Of a stretch of DNA of 64,000 nucleotides, positions 28,563-38,990 are shown piece by piece. Below the pieces are notes generated by a model that did no database searches, had not been told where the DNA came from, and was given only the letters and a program-made list of their open reading frames with translations. Position 1 is the stretch's first letter. Every line of letters begins with the position of its first letter. The stretch is taken from the IMG/VR virus record IMGVR_UViG_3300028706_000553; one strand, written 5' to 3'. The position numbers and the translations under genes are program-made. The stretch is from a virus.

Positions 28563-28946
28563 ATGGCATCTATTGTAAATTTATTTGTTGATCAAGGCTC
28601 GGATTATACTTTAACATTAACTGTTAAAGATGATGATGGCAACGCAACAGATATAACGGGATATACCGTTGAATCCCATTTTCAAAAGTGGACTGGCTCA
28701 AACAAAGTATACAAATTTACCCCAACCGTAACAGACGCGACTGCCGGTAAACTACAAATAAAATTATTGGGGTCTGTATCTGATGATATTTCACCAGGAC
28801 GTTATAATTACGATGTTGTTATTAATAATTCAACATATGATATAACTAGACGCGTTATCCAAGGTCAAGTAACGTTAAATCCCGCAGCAAGTCCTAAAGG
28901 TGCAACTTTATTAGAAACCGGTAATAAATTATTACTTGAAAGTTAG
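28563..28946 (+). CDS. virion structural protein (BppU-N-like baseplate/fibre adaptor)
   Basis: DQGSDYTLTLTVKDDDG..TDITGYT, GRYNYDV, RRVIQGQVT. Confidence 0.65.
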   Translation: MASIVNLFVDQGSDYTLTLTVKDDDGNATDITGYTVESHFQKWTGSNKVYKFTPTVTDATAGKLQIKLLGSVSDDISPGRYNYDVVINNSTYDITRRVIQGQVTLNPAASPKGATLLETGNKLLLES

Positions 28947-28954
28947 GAGTGTGA

Positions 28955-29980
28955 ATGGCCAATACAATAAATATAGGTGAAGTAACCGCCGTAGTGAATT
29001 CCGGTGGCGGAGTTTCGGTACTTGTTGGGGGTTCAAATCAACCAGGTAAATCAGTCACTACCCGTATTGCTTCAGATGATACTGTAGTTCATTTAGGTAT
29101 TGTTGATTTAGAAAATCTAACAGTCAACTTAAAACCTAAGGCTCCGGAACCTGGACAAAAACCTGCCGGGCTTGGTTCTAATACTCAACCCTTTGGGGAT
29201 TTATATCTTCAAGGAAATACCTTAACATTATCTACACGATCACTTGGAATAACAGAAGTAGGCGGAGCAGAATATTTAGATTTTGGTTCTAATACTATTA
29301 TCGGCGCTACACAAATTACTGGTAATAGATTACTAGCTTTTGCAGATCAATTAAAAATATCTCAATTAACTGATGTCACGCTGTCCGGACTTCAAAATGG
29401 ATATATTTTAAAATGGAATACTAACACAGGTAAATGGCAACCGGGTGACCCCTCAACAACTGCTGCAGTTGATCTTTCTGCTAGTGAAATAGGAGATTTA
29501 TCAGACGTTGCAGCATCAGACTATGCAAATAATTCTGTATGGCAATATAATGCAGGATTGGGCGCTTGGAGATCCGTTGATATAGATGTTTTATCATTTA
29601 CAGACTTTCAAACAGCGGGAACTCTCACTGTTAATACCGAAGTAGTTTATTCAACAACAAGAACTATTCAAGGTGTAGCAGGTGAAGTTGTTGCGGATAC
29701 TTTTAATATAAATACTTACAGAACTGCTAAATATCTAATAACATGTGAAGACTATACAGTCGATAATCAAGGATATTGGACGGGTGAAGTAAATTTAGCA
29801 CATGATGGTACTAGTACAGCATTGACAGTTTATGGTGAAGTAGAGTTAGGTTCAATTACAATGAGTCCAACAGTTGCTTCAGATATAACAGCAAATAATG
29901 TTCGATTAAAAGTAACTACACAGTCAGATCAACAAGTAGTTACAGTTCATCGCACAGTATGTACCAAATATACAGCGTAA
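28955..29980 (+). CDS. tail fibre / virion protein
   Basis: two LxDV...G.(L)xWn..xxKW repeats; C-terminal YRTAKYLI domain of marine T4-like fibres. Confidence 0.7.
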   Translation: MANTINIGEVTAVVNSGGGVSVLVGGSNQPGKSVTTRIASDDTVVHLGIVDLENLTVNLKPKAPEPGQKPAGLGSNTQPFGDLYLQGNTLTLSTRSLGITEVGGAEYLDFGSNTIIGATQITGNRLLAFADQLKISQLTDVTLSGLQNGYILKWNTNTGKWQPGDPSTTAAVDLSASEIGDLSDVAASDYANNSVWQYNAGLGAWRSVDIDVLSFTDFQTAGTLTVNTEVVYSTTRTIQGVAGEVVADTFNINTYRTAKYLITCEDYTVDNQGYWTGEVNLAHDGTSTALTVYGEVELGSITMSPTVASDITANNVRLKVTTQSDQQVVTVHRTVCTKYTA

Positions 29981-30001
29981 AACATCTGAGGAATTTAGTC
30001 A

Positions 30002-31327
30002 ATGGCACAACAACAGTTTAGAGTAAGAGGTGGTTTAAAATCAGATGCCAATGTAACTCTGCTTAATACTCCCACCGCAGGCGCAGTAGCAACTAATGGT
30101 AAAATTTTACAAATGGACAATAATTCTAATGTCCATTCTCGCACATTTTCACAAGTAAAAGCTGATATAGATGCTGGAGAATTAAATGCAGTAGTTGCTG
30201 GTAATGGTATTACGGTTACGGCTAAACAAGCCGGAGGCGTTGGTACTGATACACAAACTGTAACATTAGGTACTCCAGACACATTAACAGCAGTAACTAC
30301 AGACGCTGTCACTACATCTTCACATACTCACGCAATAACAACATCTAATGATACAAGTGGTGCATCAGCCGCAGTAGTCCTAGCAGCTAATACAACCGGT
30401 GGTTTAAAAGTAAAGAACTTCGCAGCAGGCGGAGATGCCACATTTTCTGCTAATGTAACTATTGATGGTAGTTTATTTGTTGATGGCGCACTCACATATG
30501 TTAATGCAACGAATTTAAGTGTTAGTGATCCTTTAATTACTTTATCTGCAAATGGTGATTCAGTTGCTCCTACACATGACCAAGGACTTATGGTCAACAG
30601 GGGCACCTCAGCAAACGTTGCTTTTATATGGGATGAATCAGAAGATGAATTTGCATTTATTCAAACCACTTCCGGTGGATTATCAACAGGTAGCATAAAT
30701 GTTTCAGATTATGTTGATACGAATCAAGGCGCAATAACAGCACAAGATTCTATAACAGTTGAAGGTACAACAGATTCAACAAGTGGGACATCTGGTTCAA
30801 TTCAAACTGATGGTGGTATAGGTGTTGCTTTATCACTTTTTGCTAATGTTGTACATGCAGATGGAACATCAAATTCTACATCTAATACAACAGGACAGTT
30901 ACTATCATCCGGTGGTTTAGGAGTTGCAAAAGCTGCTGTAATTGGTGGTGATTTAACAGTCCATACAGATATCTATCATAAAGATATTTCTAGAACCCTA
31001 GTTACTTCCGCTACTATTGCACATAATGGTAATGCTTTTCTGTTTCAGATTCCTATAGCCACTTATTCTGCTGGCGAAACAATTTTAAAGATGAAAGCAG
31101 GCGCTAATGAAACAGCAATTCATAAGTACACATTCTGTGAAAGTGGAAGTGGCGCTGTGGATAATAACGAATATGCTTCGTTAGGACATGATATAACAAC
31201 AACTATAACTTTTGAAATGACAGATGGTTCTGGATCGTCCGGATCAACACATATAGGAATGAAAGTAGCTAATGCAGATGGTGTTTCCATAGTTTGTAAA
31301 GCAGAAGCGACCTTCTTTACGGTATAA
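30002..31327 (+). CDS. tail fibre / virion protein
   Basis: Thr/Ser/Gly-rich; TNLSVSDPLITL, NRGTSANVAFIWDESED, GGIGV/GGLGVAK repeats. Confidence 0.72.
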   Translation: MAQQQFRVRGGLKSDANVTLLNTPTAGAVATNGKILQMDNNSNVHSRTFSQVKADIDAGELNAVVAGNGITVTAKQAGGVGTDTQTVTLGTPDTLTAVTTDAVTTSSHTHAITTSNDTSGASAAVVLAANTTGGLKVKNFAAGGDATFSANVTIDGSLFVDGALTYVNATNLSVSDPLITLSANGDSVAPTHDQGLMVNRGTSANVAFIWDESEDEFAFIQTTSGGLSTGSINVSDYVDTNQGAITAQDSITVEGTTDSTSGTSGSIQTDGGIGVALSLFANVVHADGTSNSTSNTTGQLLSSGGLGVAKAAVIGGDLTVHTDIYHKDISRTLVTSATIAHNGNAFLFQIPIATYSAGETILKMKAGANETAIHKYTFCESGSGAVDNNEYASLGHDITTTITFEMTDGSGSSGSTHIGMKVANADGVSIVCKAEATFFTV

Positions 31328-31332
31328 TCAAC

Positions 31333-31542
31333 ATGGCAGTAAAAGTATTTGAAGTCGCCAACGGAATAAAAATAACAGGTGATACAGAATGCACCGGCGA
31401 TGTGGATCTTGCATCCTCCAAATCATATAAAATAAATAATACACTCATAGCAAATTCATCTCAGTTAGGAACTACGATAAGAACTGAGGTTTTAAACAAA
31501 GCGGAGTCAGATGCGCTTGCTTTAGCTATTGCACTTGGATGA
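31333..31542 (+). CDS. small virion protein
   Basis: in the late fibre operon; ends ALALAIALG. Confidence 0.6.
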   Translation: MAVKVFEVANGIKITGDTECTGDVDLASSKSYKINNTLIANSSQLGTTIRTEVLNKAESDALALAIALG

Positions 31543-31552
31543 TGGAGATTAA

Positions 31553-31909
31553 ATGGCAAATACATTTAAAAATGCTTGGGTAGAGGATATAAGTAACAGT
31601 TCCGGCAGCCCCACAACAGTTTTAACATGTCCAAGTGGAAATAGTTCAAGGTGTGTTTTAATTGGTATACATGTAACTAATAAGCATGCTTCAGCCGACA
31701 TCAAAATATCTGTAGAACTAACAGATAGTAGTGCTTCCACAAATGCAATAATTTTTATAAATGACGTTGGCGTTTCCGTTAATTCCACATTAGATATCCT
31801 AGATAGCAGCAAGCTCATTTTAGAAGAATCAGATATATTAAAGGTATGGTCAGATACTGCCACATCAGTTAATGTTTTTCTTTCATATCTATTAGTAGAT
31901 AGTACATGA
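31553..31909 (+). CDS. small virion structural protein
   Basis: MANTFKN start, KLILEESDILKVWSD, beta-rich. Confidence 0.65.
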   Translation: MANTFKNAWVEDISNSSGSPTTVLTCPSGNSSRCVLIGIHVTNKHASADIKISVELTDSSASTNAIIFINDVGVSVNSTLDILDSSKLILEESDILKVWSDTATSVNVFLSYLLVDST

Positions 31910-32510
31910 GATTTGTAAATTTATCCGCAACCAGTGAAAGGGTAGGTAAAGGCCATCGCAAACGGCTGATACTTAGAAAAGATGCTGCTGGGCAGTCTGC
32001 CGCCTTACCTGTTTTAGCTTTTGGTGATGCAGATACTGGTTTTTTTCAAAGTTCCGATGATGTTTTAGAATTAACAACTGCTGGCGTTTCAAGAATGAAG
32101 TGGGACGCATCCGGTATAACAACCGTTTCCGGAAATTTAGTTGTTAGTGGTACCACAACTACGATCGGTAGTACAACTCTTACAGTAGATGATAAGAATA
32201 TTGAATTGGGTAGTGTTGCAACCCCATCAGATACAACTGCCGATGGTGGTGGTATTACTCTTAAGGGCGCGACCGATAAGACTTTTAACTGGATCAATTC
32301 AACTGATGCTTGGACTTCGTCTGAACATATTAATCTTGCTTCTGGTAAAACCTTTCAGTTGAATGGTACATCTATAACATCAACGGCTGCAGAACTTAAT
32401 CTCCTAAGCAGCGTCCCTGGTCTTGTTCAAGCAGATTTAACAAAATTGGCAGCAATAACTTCATCTGCCGCAGAACTCAATTATACTGATGGTGTAACTT
32501 CTGCTATTCA
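31906..32510 (+). repeat. copy 1 of a ~605-bp diverged direct repeat (fibre N-terminus)
   Basis: collinear with 34078..34682 at a constant offset of 2172 (checked at start and end). Confidence 0.9.
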
Positions 32511-33801
32511 GACTCAGCTTACAGCAAGGCTTCCTCTTACAGGTGGAGCAATGACAGGTGCTATCACAACCAACAGTACATTTGATGGAGTAGACATAGC
32601 CGCGCGGGATGCAGTCTTAACCAGTACAACGACTACAGCAGGTGCGGCATTGCCTAAAGCTGGTGGAGCAATGACAGGCAATATTACAAGTGCCTCTGAT
32701 TTATCTTTAGATGTAGAAGGTGATATAACTTTAACTGCACTTTCAGATATTATTCATCAGTCAACATCTACAAATTCAACAGCAGGACATCATATCTTTA
32801 AATCTTATAACACAGAAATTATGAGGATTGATGGATCGCAGAATAGAGTAGGCATCGGGGATTCTGCACCTAATGATAAGTTGCAAGTTGCAGGTACAAT
32901 TACTTCTCAACACAATATAGTTTCTGATGAAGTCTATAACCTATTTTCTGCAAGAAGTTCTCGAACCAATAATGACTATGGTGGTGTAGATAAGCAGTAC
33001 ATGCAGATGAACCTTGTGACACCGGGTGGCACTAATACTCCAGGGGAGGGTAATGCCCACGCATATGGTGATTTAAGATTTGCTTTTGTTGATGGTGCAG
33101 ATACTACATTTCATGATAGAGTTACATTCCGATATAATGGCAACGTAGGCATCCGGACAGTGCAGCCGCATGCTGTTCTTGCGATACGAGGCCAAAATGA
33201 AAATACTGGCAGTAGCACTCACGGTGCCGAAGAACCTATAACAATGCTCAGAGGTTCTAATGGGTCTACTGTTCAAGAATGGGTTCATGGCAGTAGAGCA
33301 ACTGTTAGTCCCTCCCATACCACGATGTATTCATGGTATAAACTTTTTTCACCCGGAGGATATTCTAGTGCGGGAACCCCCGGAGCGTGGGAAATCCATT
33401 GTCATATAGGTGGAGGTCATGCTTCGTCTGGAATGGTTCAAAAGTTTACTCTTTTGCAATCGAATACTCACAGCGGCGTTGCTGATCATGGGGGCGCAAA
33501 CTACTCACTTGTCAATAGATATTGTACTATGGGTGCTACAGGTGGTGGGGCATATGGTGCTGGACTAACTGTAACTTTTTGGTATCTTAGCAGTGGTGCT
33601 GGCAACAATGGTGCCACATTTTTCGTTAGGGCTCAGCATTATGCTAGAGAACCCCAGATGACTTTTTATGCAAAATATATTGGTGGTACTGGAGCAGGAA
33701 TTGGGAACCATGAACAGTCTTTCTCGTTCTTAGGAACACAAGACAATAATAATCATCAACCGTCTAATATTACTAGTATCGGAATCACCACCGTTCATTA
33801 A
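31906..33801 (+). CDS. tail fibre / receptor-binding protein A
   Basis: VDDKNIELG, ADGGGITLKG, GNVGI repeats; N-terminal ~200 aa shared with 34078..35517. Confidence 0.8.
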   Translation: MRFVNLSATSERVGKGHRKRLILRKDAAGQSAALPVLAFGDADTGFFQSSDDVLELTTAGVSRMKWDASGITTVSGNLVVSGTTTTIGSTTLTVDDKNIELGSVATPSDTTADGGGITLKGATDKTFNWINSTDAWTSSEHINLASGKTFQLNGTSITSTAAELNLLSSVPGLVQADLTKLAAITSSAAELNYTDGVTSAIQTQLTARLPLTGGAMTGAITTNSTFDGVDIAARDAVLTSTTTTAGAALPKAGGAMTGNITSASDLSLDVEGDITLTALSDIIHQSTSTNSTAGHHIFKSYNTEIMRIDGSQNRVGIGDSAPNDKLQVAGTITSQHNIVSDEVYNLFSARSSRTNNDYGGVDKQYMQMNLVTPGGTNTPGEGNAHAYGDLRFAFVDGADTTFHDRVTFRYNGNVGIRTVQPHAVLAIRGQNENTGSSTHGAEEPITMLRGSNGSTVQEWVHGSRATVSPSHTTMYSWYKLFSPGGYSSAGTPGAWEIHCHIGGGHASSGMVQKFTLLQSNTHSGVADHGGANYSLVNRYCTMGATGGGAYGAGLTVTFWYLSSGAGNNGATFFVRAQHYAREPQMTFYAKYIGGTGAGIGNHEQSFSFLGTQDNNNHQPSNITSIGITTVH

Positions 33802-33811
33802 GGGCATTCTA

Positions 33812-34081
33812 ATGGAAATTTATATGGAATACAAAAAATCAGATATGTCCATTACTGGATTTGTGTTTGAAGATAATACACATTATGAAGAAACAGATAC
33901 ACACAATATTTCAACTAACAAGATTGAATGGTTAGAAGAAAAAACAGTAGTTTATTATAATATTCAATCATTTGATGATATGACCATGATAAAAACTTAT
34001 GAGGATGTTATGGATACAATAAATAATACACATCAAGTAAGTGAATTAGGAGTAGTAAGTTTAATAGAAGATGGCACATGA
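33812..34081 (+). CDS. small acidic protein downstream of fibre A (possible chaperone)
   Basis: position between the two fibres. Confidence 0.5.
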   Translation: MEIYMEYKKSDMSITGFVFEDNTHYEETDTHNISTNKIEWLEEKTVVYYNIQSFDDMTMIKTYEDVMDTINNTHQVSELGVVSLIEDGT

Positions 34082-34682
34082 GATTTGTAAATTTACAGAC
34101 AACTAGTGAAAGGGTAGGTAAGGGTCAAGTACGACAACTGCTACTTCGAAGACCTATTGCTTCGCAGTCTGCCACCTTACCTGTTTTAGCTTTTGGTGAT
34201 GCAGATACTGGTTTGTTTCAAAGTGCCGATGATGTTTTAGAATTTTCAACCGCCGGCGTGTCAAGATTTAAAATAATATCAGATGGAACAGTTGCTGTTG
34301 CGGGAAATTTAGTTGTTAATGGTACCACAACCACAGTAAATAGTACTACTCTTACAGTTGATGATAAGAATATTGAATTAGGGTCCGTTGCAACACCATC
34401 TGATACAACCGCTGATGGTGGTGGTATTACCCTCAAAGGTGCAACTGACAAGACCTTTAACTGGGTCGACTCAACTGATGCTTGGACTTCGTCTGAACAC
34501 ATTAATCTTGCTTCTGGCAAAACCTTTCAGTTGAATGGTACGGCTATAACATCAACGGCTGCAGAACTCAATCTCCTAAGCAGTGTCTCTGGTCTTGTTC
34601 AAGCAGATTTAACAAAATTGGCTGCGGTAGATGCATCCGCGACAGAACTCAATTATACTGATGGTGTAACTTCTGCTATTCA
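34078..34682 (+). repeat. copy 2 of the fibre N-terminal repeat
   Basis: collinear with 31906..32510. Confidence 0.9.
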
Positions 34683-35517
34683 AACACAATTGGATGCAAA
34701 AGCTCCAATAGCTAGTCCTACGTTTACTGGCAACTTTACCTCAGTTGGTATAGATGACAATGCAGATGCAACAGCAATTACTATTGATTCTAGTGAGAAC
34801 GTAGGCATCGGCACTACGGCTCCATACTGTAAATTAGATGTTCGTGGTGGCGTCGAAGACCCAACTTTAGACTTTCATAGTACTGGTTATTTCTCGATTG
34901 GGGCAAACGTTCAGCTAGCATTTGGGTCTTGGGAGTCAAGTCCGTGGGCAATTTGGATGCAGACAAGAAATGCTACTGTGAATGGTTCTTCGTATCCTCT
35001 TGCTATAAATCCTTTGGGTGGCAACGTAGGCATCGGTACTGCGGCTCCAGACGCAAAATTAACAATAACAAATGCTGGAGCTAACTCTCTGAGATTAAAA
35101 ACAACAGGGGTACACGGAACTAAACCTTACATCTCATTTGATTCAGGATTAGCTGGTACTAATTACGCAGAAAAGGCGAGAATAACTGGTGGGTATGATA
35201 GTGCAACAGGTGGTAGTGGTGGATATTTTAATATCGCCACTAAAACTACAGGTGAATCCTTAACTACTAGATTTTCTATAGATTCTTCAGGTCATATTAC
35301 TCCCGGTACTGACAATACACAAAATTTAGGTTCTACAACATTAAGATGGGCAAATTTTTATGTTGGAGATATGCACTTTTCAAATGAGGGTAAGGAAGGT
35401 GGAAACGAAGTTGACGGATCCACTGGTAATTGGACTATCCAAGAGGGTGATGAAAATTTATTTGTAATTAATAGGAAAACAGGTAAGAAGTTTAAAATGA
35501 ATTTAACAGAGGTTTAA
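34078..35517 (+). CDS. tail fibre / receptor-binding protein B
   Basis: shared N-terminus, GNVGIGT repeats, C-terminal DMHFSNE..VDG..GNWTIQEG..KKFK domain. Confidence 0.82.
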   Translation: MRFVNLQTTSERVGKGQVRQLLLRRPIASQSATLPVLAFGDADTGLFQSADDVLEFSTAGVSRFKIISDGTVAVAGNLVVNGTTTTVNSTTLTVDDKNIELGSVATPSDTTADGGGITLKGATDKTFNWVDSTDAWTSSEHINLASGKTFQLNGTAITSTAAELNLLSSVSGLVQADLTKLAAVDASATELNYTDGVTSAIQTQLDAKAPIASPTFTGNFTSVGIDDNADATAITIDSSENVGIGTTAPYCKLDVRGGVEDPTLDFHSTGYFSIGANVQLAFGSWESSPWAIWMQTRNATVNGSSYPLAINPLGGNVGIGTAAPDAKLTITNAGANSLRLKTTGVHGTKPYISFDSGLAGTNYAEKARITGGYDSATGGSGGYFNIATKTTGESLTTRFSIDSSGHITPGTDNTQNLGSTTLRWANFYVGDMHFSNEGKEGGNEVDGSTGNWTIQEGDENLFVINRKTGKKFKMNLTEV

Positions 35518-35520
35518 AAA

Positions 35521-36000
35521 ATGCCAATACATGCTGATGTAATTAATTGCAAAAATACTTTAAGGGCGCAGGGGCACCAAGTCTGGACTACTGAGGGGGC
35601 AACCGCTCCTTATATCCCTTATGGTGGTGGTTATTACACTTCTCTTTTTTATAATGTTGGTGGTTATGCCGCCATGACCGGCCGGATGTATGTTAATTGC
35701 AGTATTTCACAACAACATCAAGGCACGTATGATTTTACATTAAGTAGATATGGAGGTGGTGTTTCAAATAGGTCATCAGGTGGCATGAACAGTTATATAA
35801 GTTGGGACACACCTCTGATCGGCACAAATGAATATATGCGTTGGACAAATACTAATGGTAGTTCTTGGGGTAATGGGACATTGGATATTACTTGCATTAT
35901 CTGGGGCGCAGGTGCAGATAGGTTTGTTTCTGGTTATCCTGGAATGGACGATAATTTCTCATCTTCACAAACGGGGAACTTTTTTGTACGAGCAGCATAA
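35521..36000 (+). CDS. Gly/Ser-rich beta protein (fibre tip-like)
   Basis: composition and position after fibre B. Confidence 0.5.
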   Translation: MPIHADVINCKNTLRAQGHQVWTTEGATAPYIPYGGGYYTSLFYNVGGYAAMTGRMYVNCSISQQHQGTYDFTLSRYGGGVSNRSSGGMNSYISWDTPLIGTNEYMRWTNTNGSSWGNGTLDITCIIWGAGADRFVSGYPGMDDNFSSSQTGNFFVRAA

Positions 36001-36303
36001 ATGGAAAAACACGAATTAGACGATGATAGAGAAATTTTATACTGGGTTTCTCCAGGTGTAGAAGGCACACTACTAGAAAGTGACCGATATGCTTGGTTTG
36101 AAGATGAGAAACGACACTATACAAATATATTGAGAAATCAACGGAATGAATTATTAGCAGAGAGTGATTGGACACAAGCTCCAGACTCACCCTTATCAGA
36201 AGATAAAAAAGTGGAATGGCAAACATACAGACAGACACTAAGGGATATTACAATAACAAACTGGCAACTAGAAGGTACTGTTTGGCCTCAAATACCTGAA
36301 TAA
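36001..36303 (+). CDS. phage tail fibre assembly chaperone
   Basis: LRNQRNELLAESDWTQAPDSPL...EWQTYRQTLRDIT...WP. Confidence 0.88.
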   Translation: MEKHELDDDREILYWVSPGVEGTLLESDRYAWFEDEKRHYTNILRNQRNELLAESDWTQAPDSPLSEDKKVEWQTYRQTLRDITITNWQLEGTVWPQIPE

Positions 36304-36306
36304 TAT

Positions 36307-37539
36307 ATGAAAATTGTAATCATTGGAGGTGGTAATGCTGGTGTATGGACAGCATTACATTATGGACACTGGACACGACACCTTACAGACATTGAAGTAG
36401 AATTAATACATGACCCCGAAATTGATTCATTTCCAGTAGGTCAGGGTACGACATTAGATGTGGTTGAATTATTGTGGTTAGCATGCGGTACTGATTGGTA
36501 TCATAATGAAATCCGAGCCACACCAAAATTAGGTATCTTATATGAAAATTTTAGTAAGGAAAATCCAAATATATATCATACATTTCCTTTCAATTCTATT
36601 GCAATGCAAATGGATCCAAAATATTTACAGGGATACATATTAAATTCTGGATTGTTTAATGTAAAAGAAGAAAATGTTACTGATCTTGATACTGTAGATG
36701 CTGATGTTATTTTTGATTGTAGGGGAAATACTAAAAAGGATGATATTGAATATGTACCATTATACAGTCCAGTAAATTCGGTTTTATTAGCATTAGGTCC
36801 GAGCCCAACTGATCCTCAACTATGGAGTAGGCATGTAGCAACACCTGATGGTTGGACATTTGTAATTCCAAACACTACAGATACTATTTCTTATGGTTAT
36901 GTTTATAATGCAGATATCACTCCTCTGGAAACTGCCAAGACTAATTTTAGGGAACTTTTCCCGGAAGCTTCAGAATCTTACAGTAAACATTTTGACCACA
37001 AACAGGAAGTGGTTAATTTACCATTTGAATCATATATAGCAAACGAACCTGTACGAATAGACTCTAATGGAAGAAAAATAATATTAAATGGTAATAGATT
37101 ATCATTTCTTGAACCGATGGAATCTACTGCAATAGGATTTTATCTGGAAGTGGCTATAAAAACTTTTGATTGGGTTATTAATAGAGACCCCTTTTTATCC
37201 CCGAAAGCAGGGTTAGAGATGAAGGTTTTTCACTCTAAAGAAGTAATAACCAATATCCATAAAGAATTTCATGAAATACAAAAATTTATTTTATGGCACT
37301 ATACAAAAGGATCCGTATATGATACACCATTTTGGAAGGCTGCCCAAACAAAAACAACTACTGTATTTGAACAACCAGATGAAAGATTTCAAGAGATAGT
37401 TAATTTAGCAAAATCGATTGATAGTACGGATTGCCGTGCTTTACCAACTCCCGCGGGCGGCCCTCCTGTAACATACGGTCAATGGCCTCCATTATCAATT
37501 AAAACATGGTATGACAAGTACATACAGAGCCCTGAATAA
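36307..37539 (+). CDS. flavin-dependent (tryptophan) halogenase-like protein
   Basis: IIGGGNAG, DCRG, GWTFVIP (WxWxIP-like), FLEPMESTAIG, YDTPFW. Confidence 0.8.
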   Translation: MKIVIIGGGNAGVWTALHYGHWTRHLTDIEVELIHDPEIDSFPVGQGTTLDVVELLWLACGTDWYHNEIRATPKLGILYENFSKENPNIYHTFPFNSIAMQMDPKYLQGYILNSGLFNVKEENVTDLDTVDADVIFDCRGNTKKDDIEYVPLYSPVNSVLLALGPSPTDPQLWSRHVATPDGWTFVIPNTTDTISYGYVYNADITPLETAKTNFRELFPEASESYSKHFDHKQEVVNLPFESYIANEPVRIDSNGRKIILNGNRLSFLEPMESTAIGFYLEVAIKTFDWVINRDPFLSPKAGLEMKVFHSKEVITNIHKEFHEIQKFILWHYTKGSVYDTPFWKAAQTKTTTVFEQPDERFQEIVNLAKSIDSTDCRALPTPAGGPPVTYGQWPPLSIKTWYDKYIQSPE

Positions 37540-37550
37540 TATAAAATATA

Positions 37551-38990
37551 ATGTGTGGTTTTTTTGGTATAAGTGATCGTTCATTAGTTAAAACAGATTT
37601 TCAAGATATAAATGAAAGAGGCGAAGATAATTTCACTTTCATTGAAAATAACGTTTTAATACATCAAAGTGTTTTATCTGTTACCGGCATTTTCCCAGGC
37701 CAGCATGTATTTGATGCAGGACATTTTCACTTTACCTTTACGGGAGAGATTTATAATGCACCTACAAAAGGCTATTCAAATGATACAGAGTGGTTAGCAG
37801 AGAAGATTGCAAGAGAAGATTATAATTTTGATGATGTAAACGGCCAGTATGCTATTTCAGTGTATGATAAGAAAAAACAAACAATAACCTTGATTAGAGA
37901 TCCAGTTGGTCAAGTTCCTTTATTTTATTATAATCATAATTGTCTTATCTATAGCAATACTATAAAGTCAATTGCTACTACTATTGGTGCTAAATTAGAT
38001 AAAACTTTTATTAAAAAATGGCATCAGCTAAGACATTATACATTAGACAATACACATTATAAGAAAATTAAATTATTTCCTAAGGGGTTGATAATAACTT
38101 ATAACATGCGTGGTAGAGCTCTTAAATCGCGCGTTATTAGACCTAAAAGAATAAACGATGGCAATGTATACAGTTTATTAAAGAATATGCAACCCGCATA
38201 TTCGAGTCATCGAGCTAATTGTGGAATAGTTTCAGGTGGAGTAGATAGTTCTGTTGTATCAGCTCTTTTTAAAGATAACTTAGATTGTTATGTAACGACT
38301 ATTAATGAAGATAAGTGTTGGGCTTCAGCAGATATTAAAAAATATGGATTTCCAACTTCCTTAGTAGAAGTTAAAAATGATGAAAAACAATGGTGTGAAG
38401 CGGCTATAGAATATATTCAAAAATCTTATATGATTCCATATACCTGGAGTTATGTTGGTTATTATATAATGGGTAAATCAATGAGTCCACGTGTAAAAGT
38501 AATGCTGACCGGTGAAGGAGCAGATGAAATTTTCGGTGGGTATGATGTATATAATACTAATAAACTTTCAAAGTATTCACTAAGAAAAGATGGAAATGGT
38601 TTGAATGATAAATACAAACAGCAGGTATCAAAACAAGTCTCAAAATTTAATAATGTAGCACAAGCAAATAAGTATTTGGATCAACGATCCTTTCTCCCCT
38701 GTGCGGCAATTGGCGCTAATTTAGCATTAGGAATGAGTTGCATAGAGTCACGAAACCCCTTTTTGGATCATTCTATATTCTACAATGATGCCTTTGTAGA
38801 AGATATAGGAAAACAACGATTAATAAAAATATTCAAAGATGTCTTCAATTTTGACCCACCAAAGAAACAAGGTTTTTCAGGGTATATGAATGAATTGTAT
38901 AATTATGTCAATAATACTGAAATAACAAATGACCCTAAAGATATAAGTCTTTGGAAAAATGCTTGTTATCAAATTATGGAGAATGTATGA
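37551..38990 (+). CDS. asparagine synthetase-like (class II glutamine amidotransferase + ATP-PPase)
   Basis: N-terminal MCG, RDPVGQVPLFY, SGGVDSS, LTGEGADEIFGGY, ESRNPFLD. Confidence 0.88.
   Translation: MCGFFGISDRSLVKTDFQDINERGEDNFTFIENNVLIHQSVLSVTGIFPGQHVFDAGHFHFTFTGEIYNAPTKGYSNDTEWLAEKIAREDYNFDDVNGQYAISVYDKKKQTITLIRDPVGQVPLFYYNHNCLIYSNTIKSIATTIGAKLDKTFIKKWHQLRHYTLDNTHYKKIKLFPKGLIITYNMRGRALKSRVIRPKRINDGNVYSLLKNMQPAYSSHRANCGIVSGGVDSSVVSALFKDNLDCYVTTINEDKCWASADIKKYGFPTSLVEVKNDEKQWCEAAIEYIQKSYMIPYTWSYVGYYIMGKSMSPRVKVMLTGEGADEIFGGYDVYNTNKLSKYSLRKDGNGLNDKYKQQVSKQVSKFNNVAQANKYLDQRSFLPCAAIGANLALGMSCIESRNPFLDHSIFYNDAFVEDIGKQRLIKIFKDVFNFDPPKKQGFSGYMNELYNYVNNTEITNDPKDISLWKNACYQIMENV

Noticed and set aside
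31906-34682. Diversity-generating retroelement TR/VR pair
   Set aside because: Differences between the copies are not adenine-specific, lie in the N-terminal anchor rather than the tip, and no reverse transcriptase is present.
37551-38990. Gat-QueC fusion for archaeosine synthesis
   Set aside because: Has the AsnB-specific LTGEGADEIFGGY motif and lacks the QueC C-terminal zinc Cys cluster.
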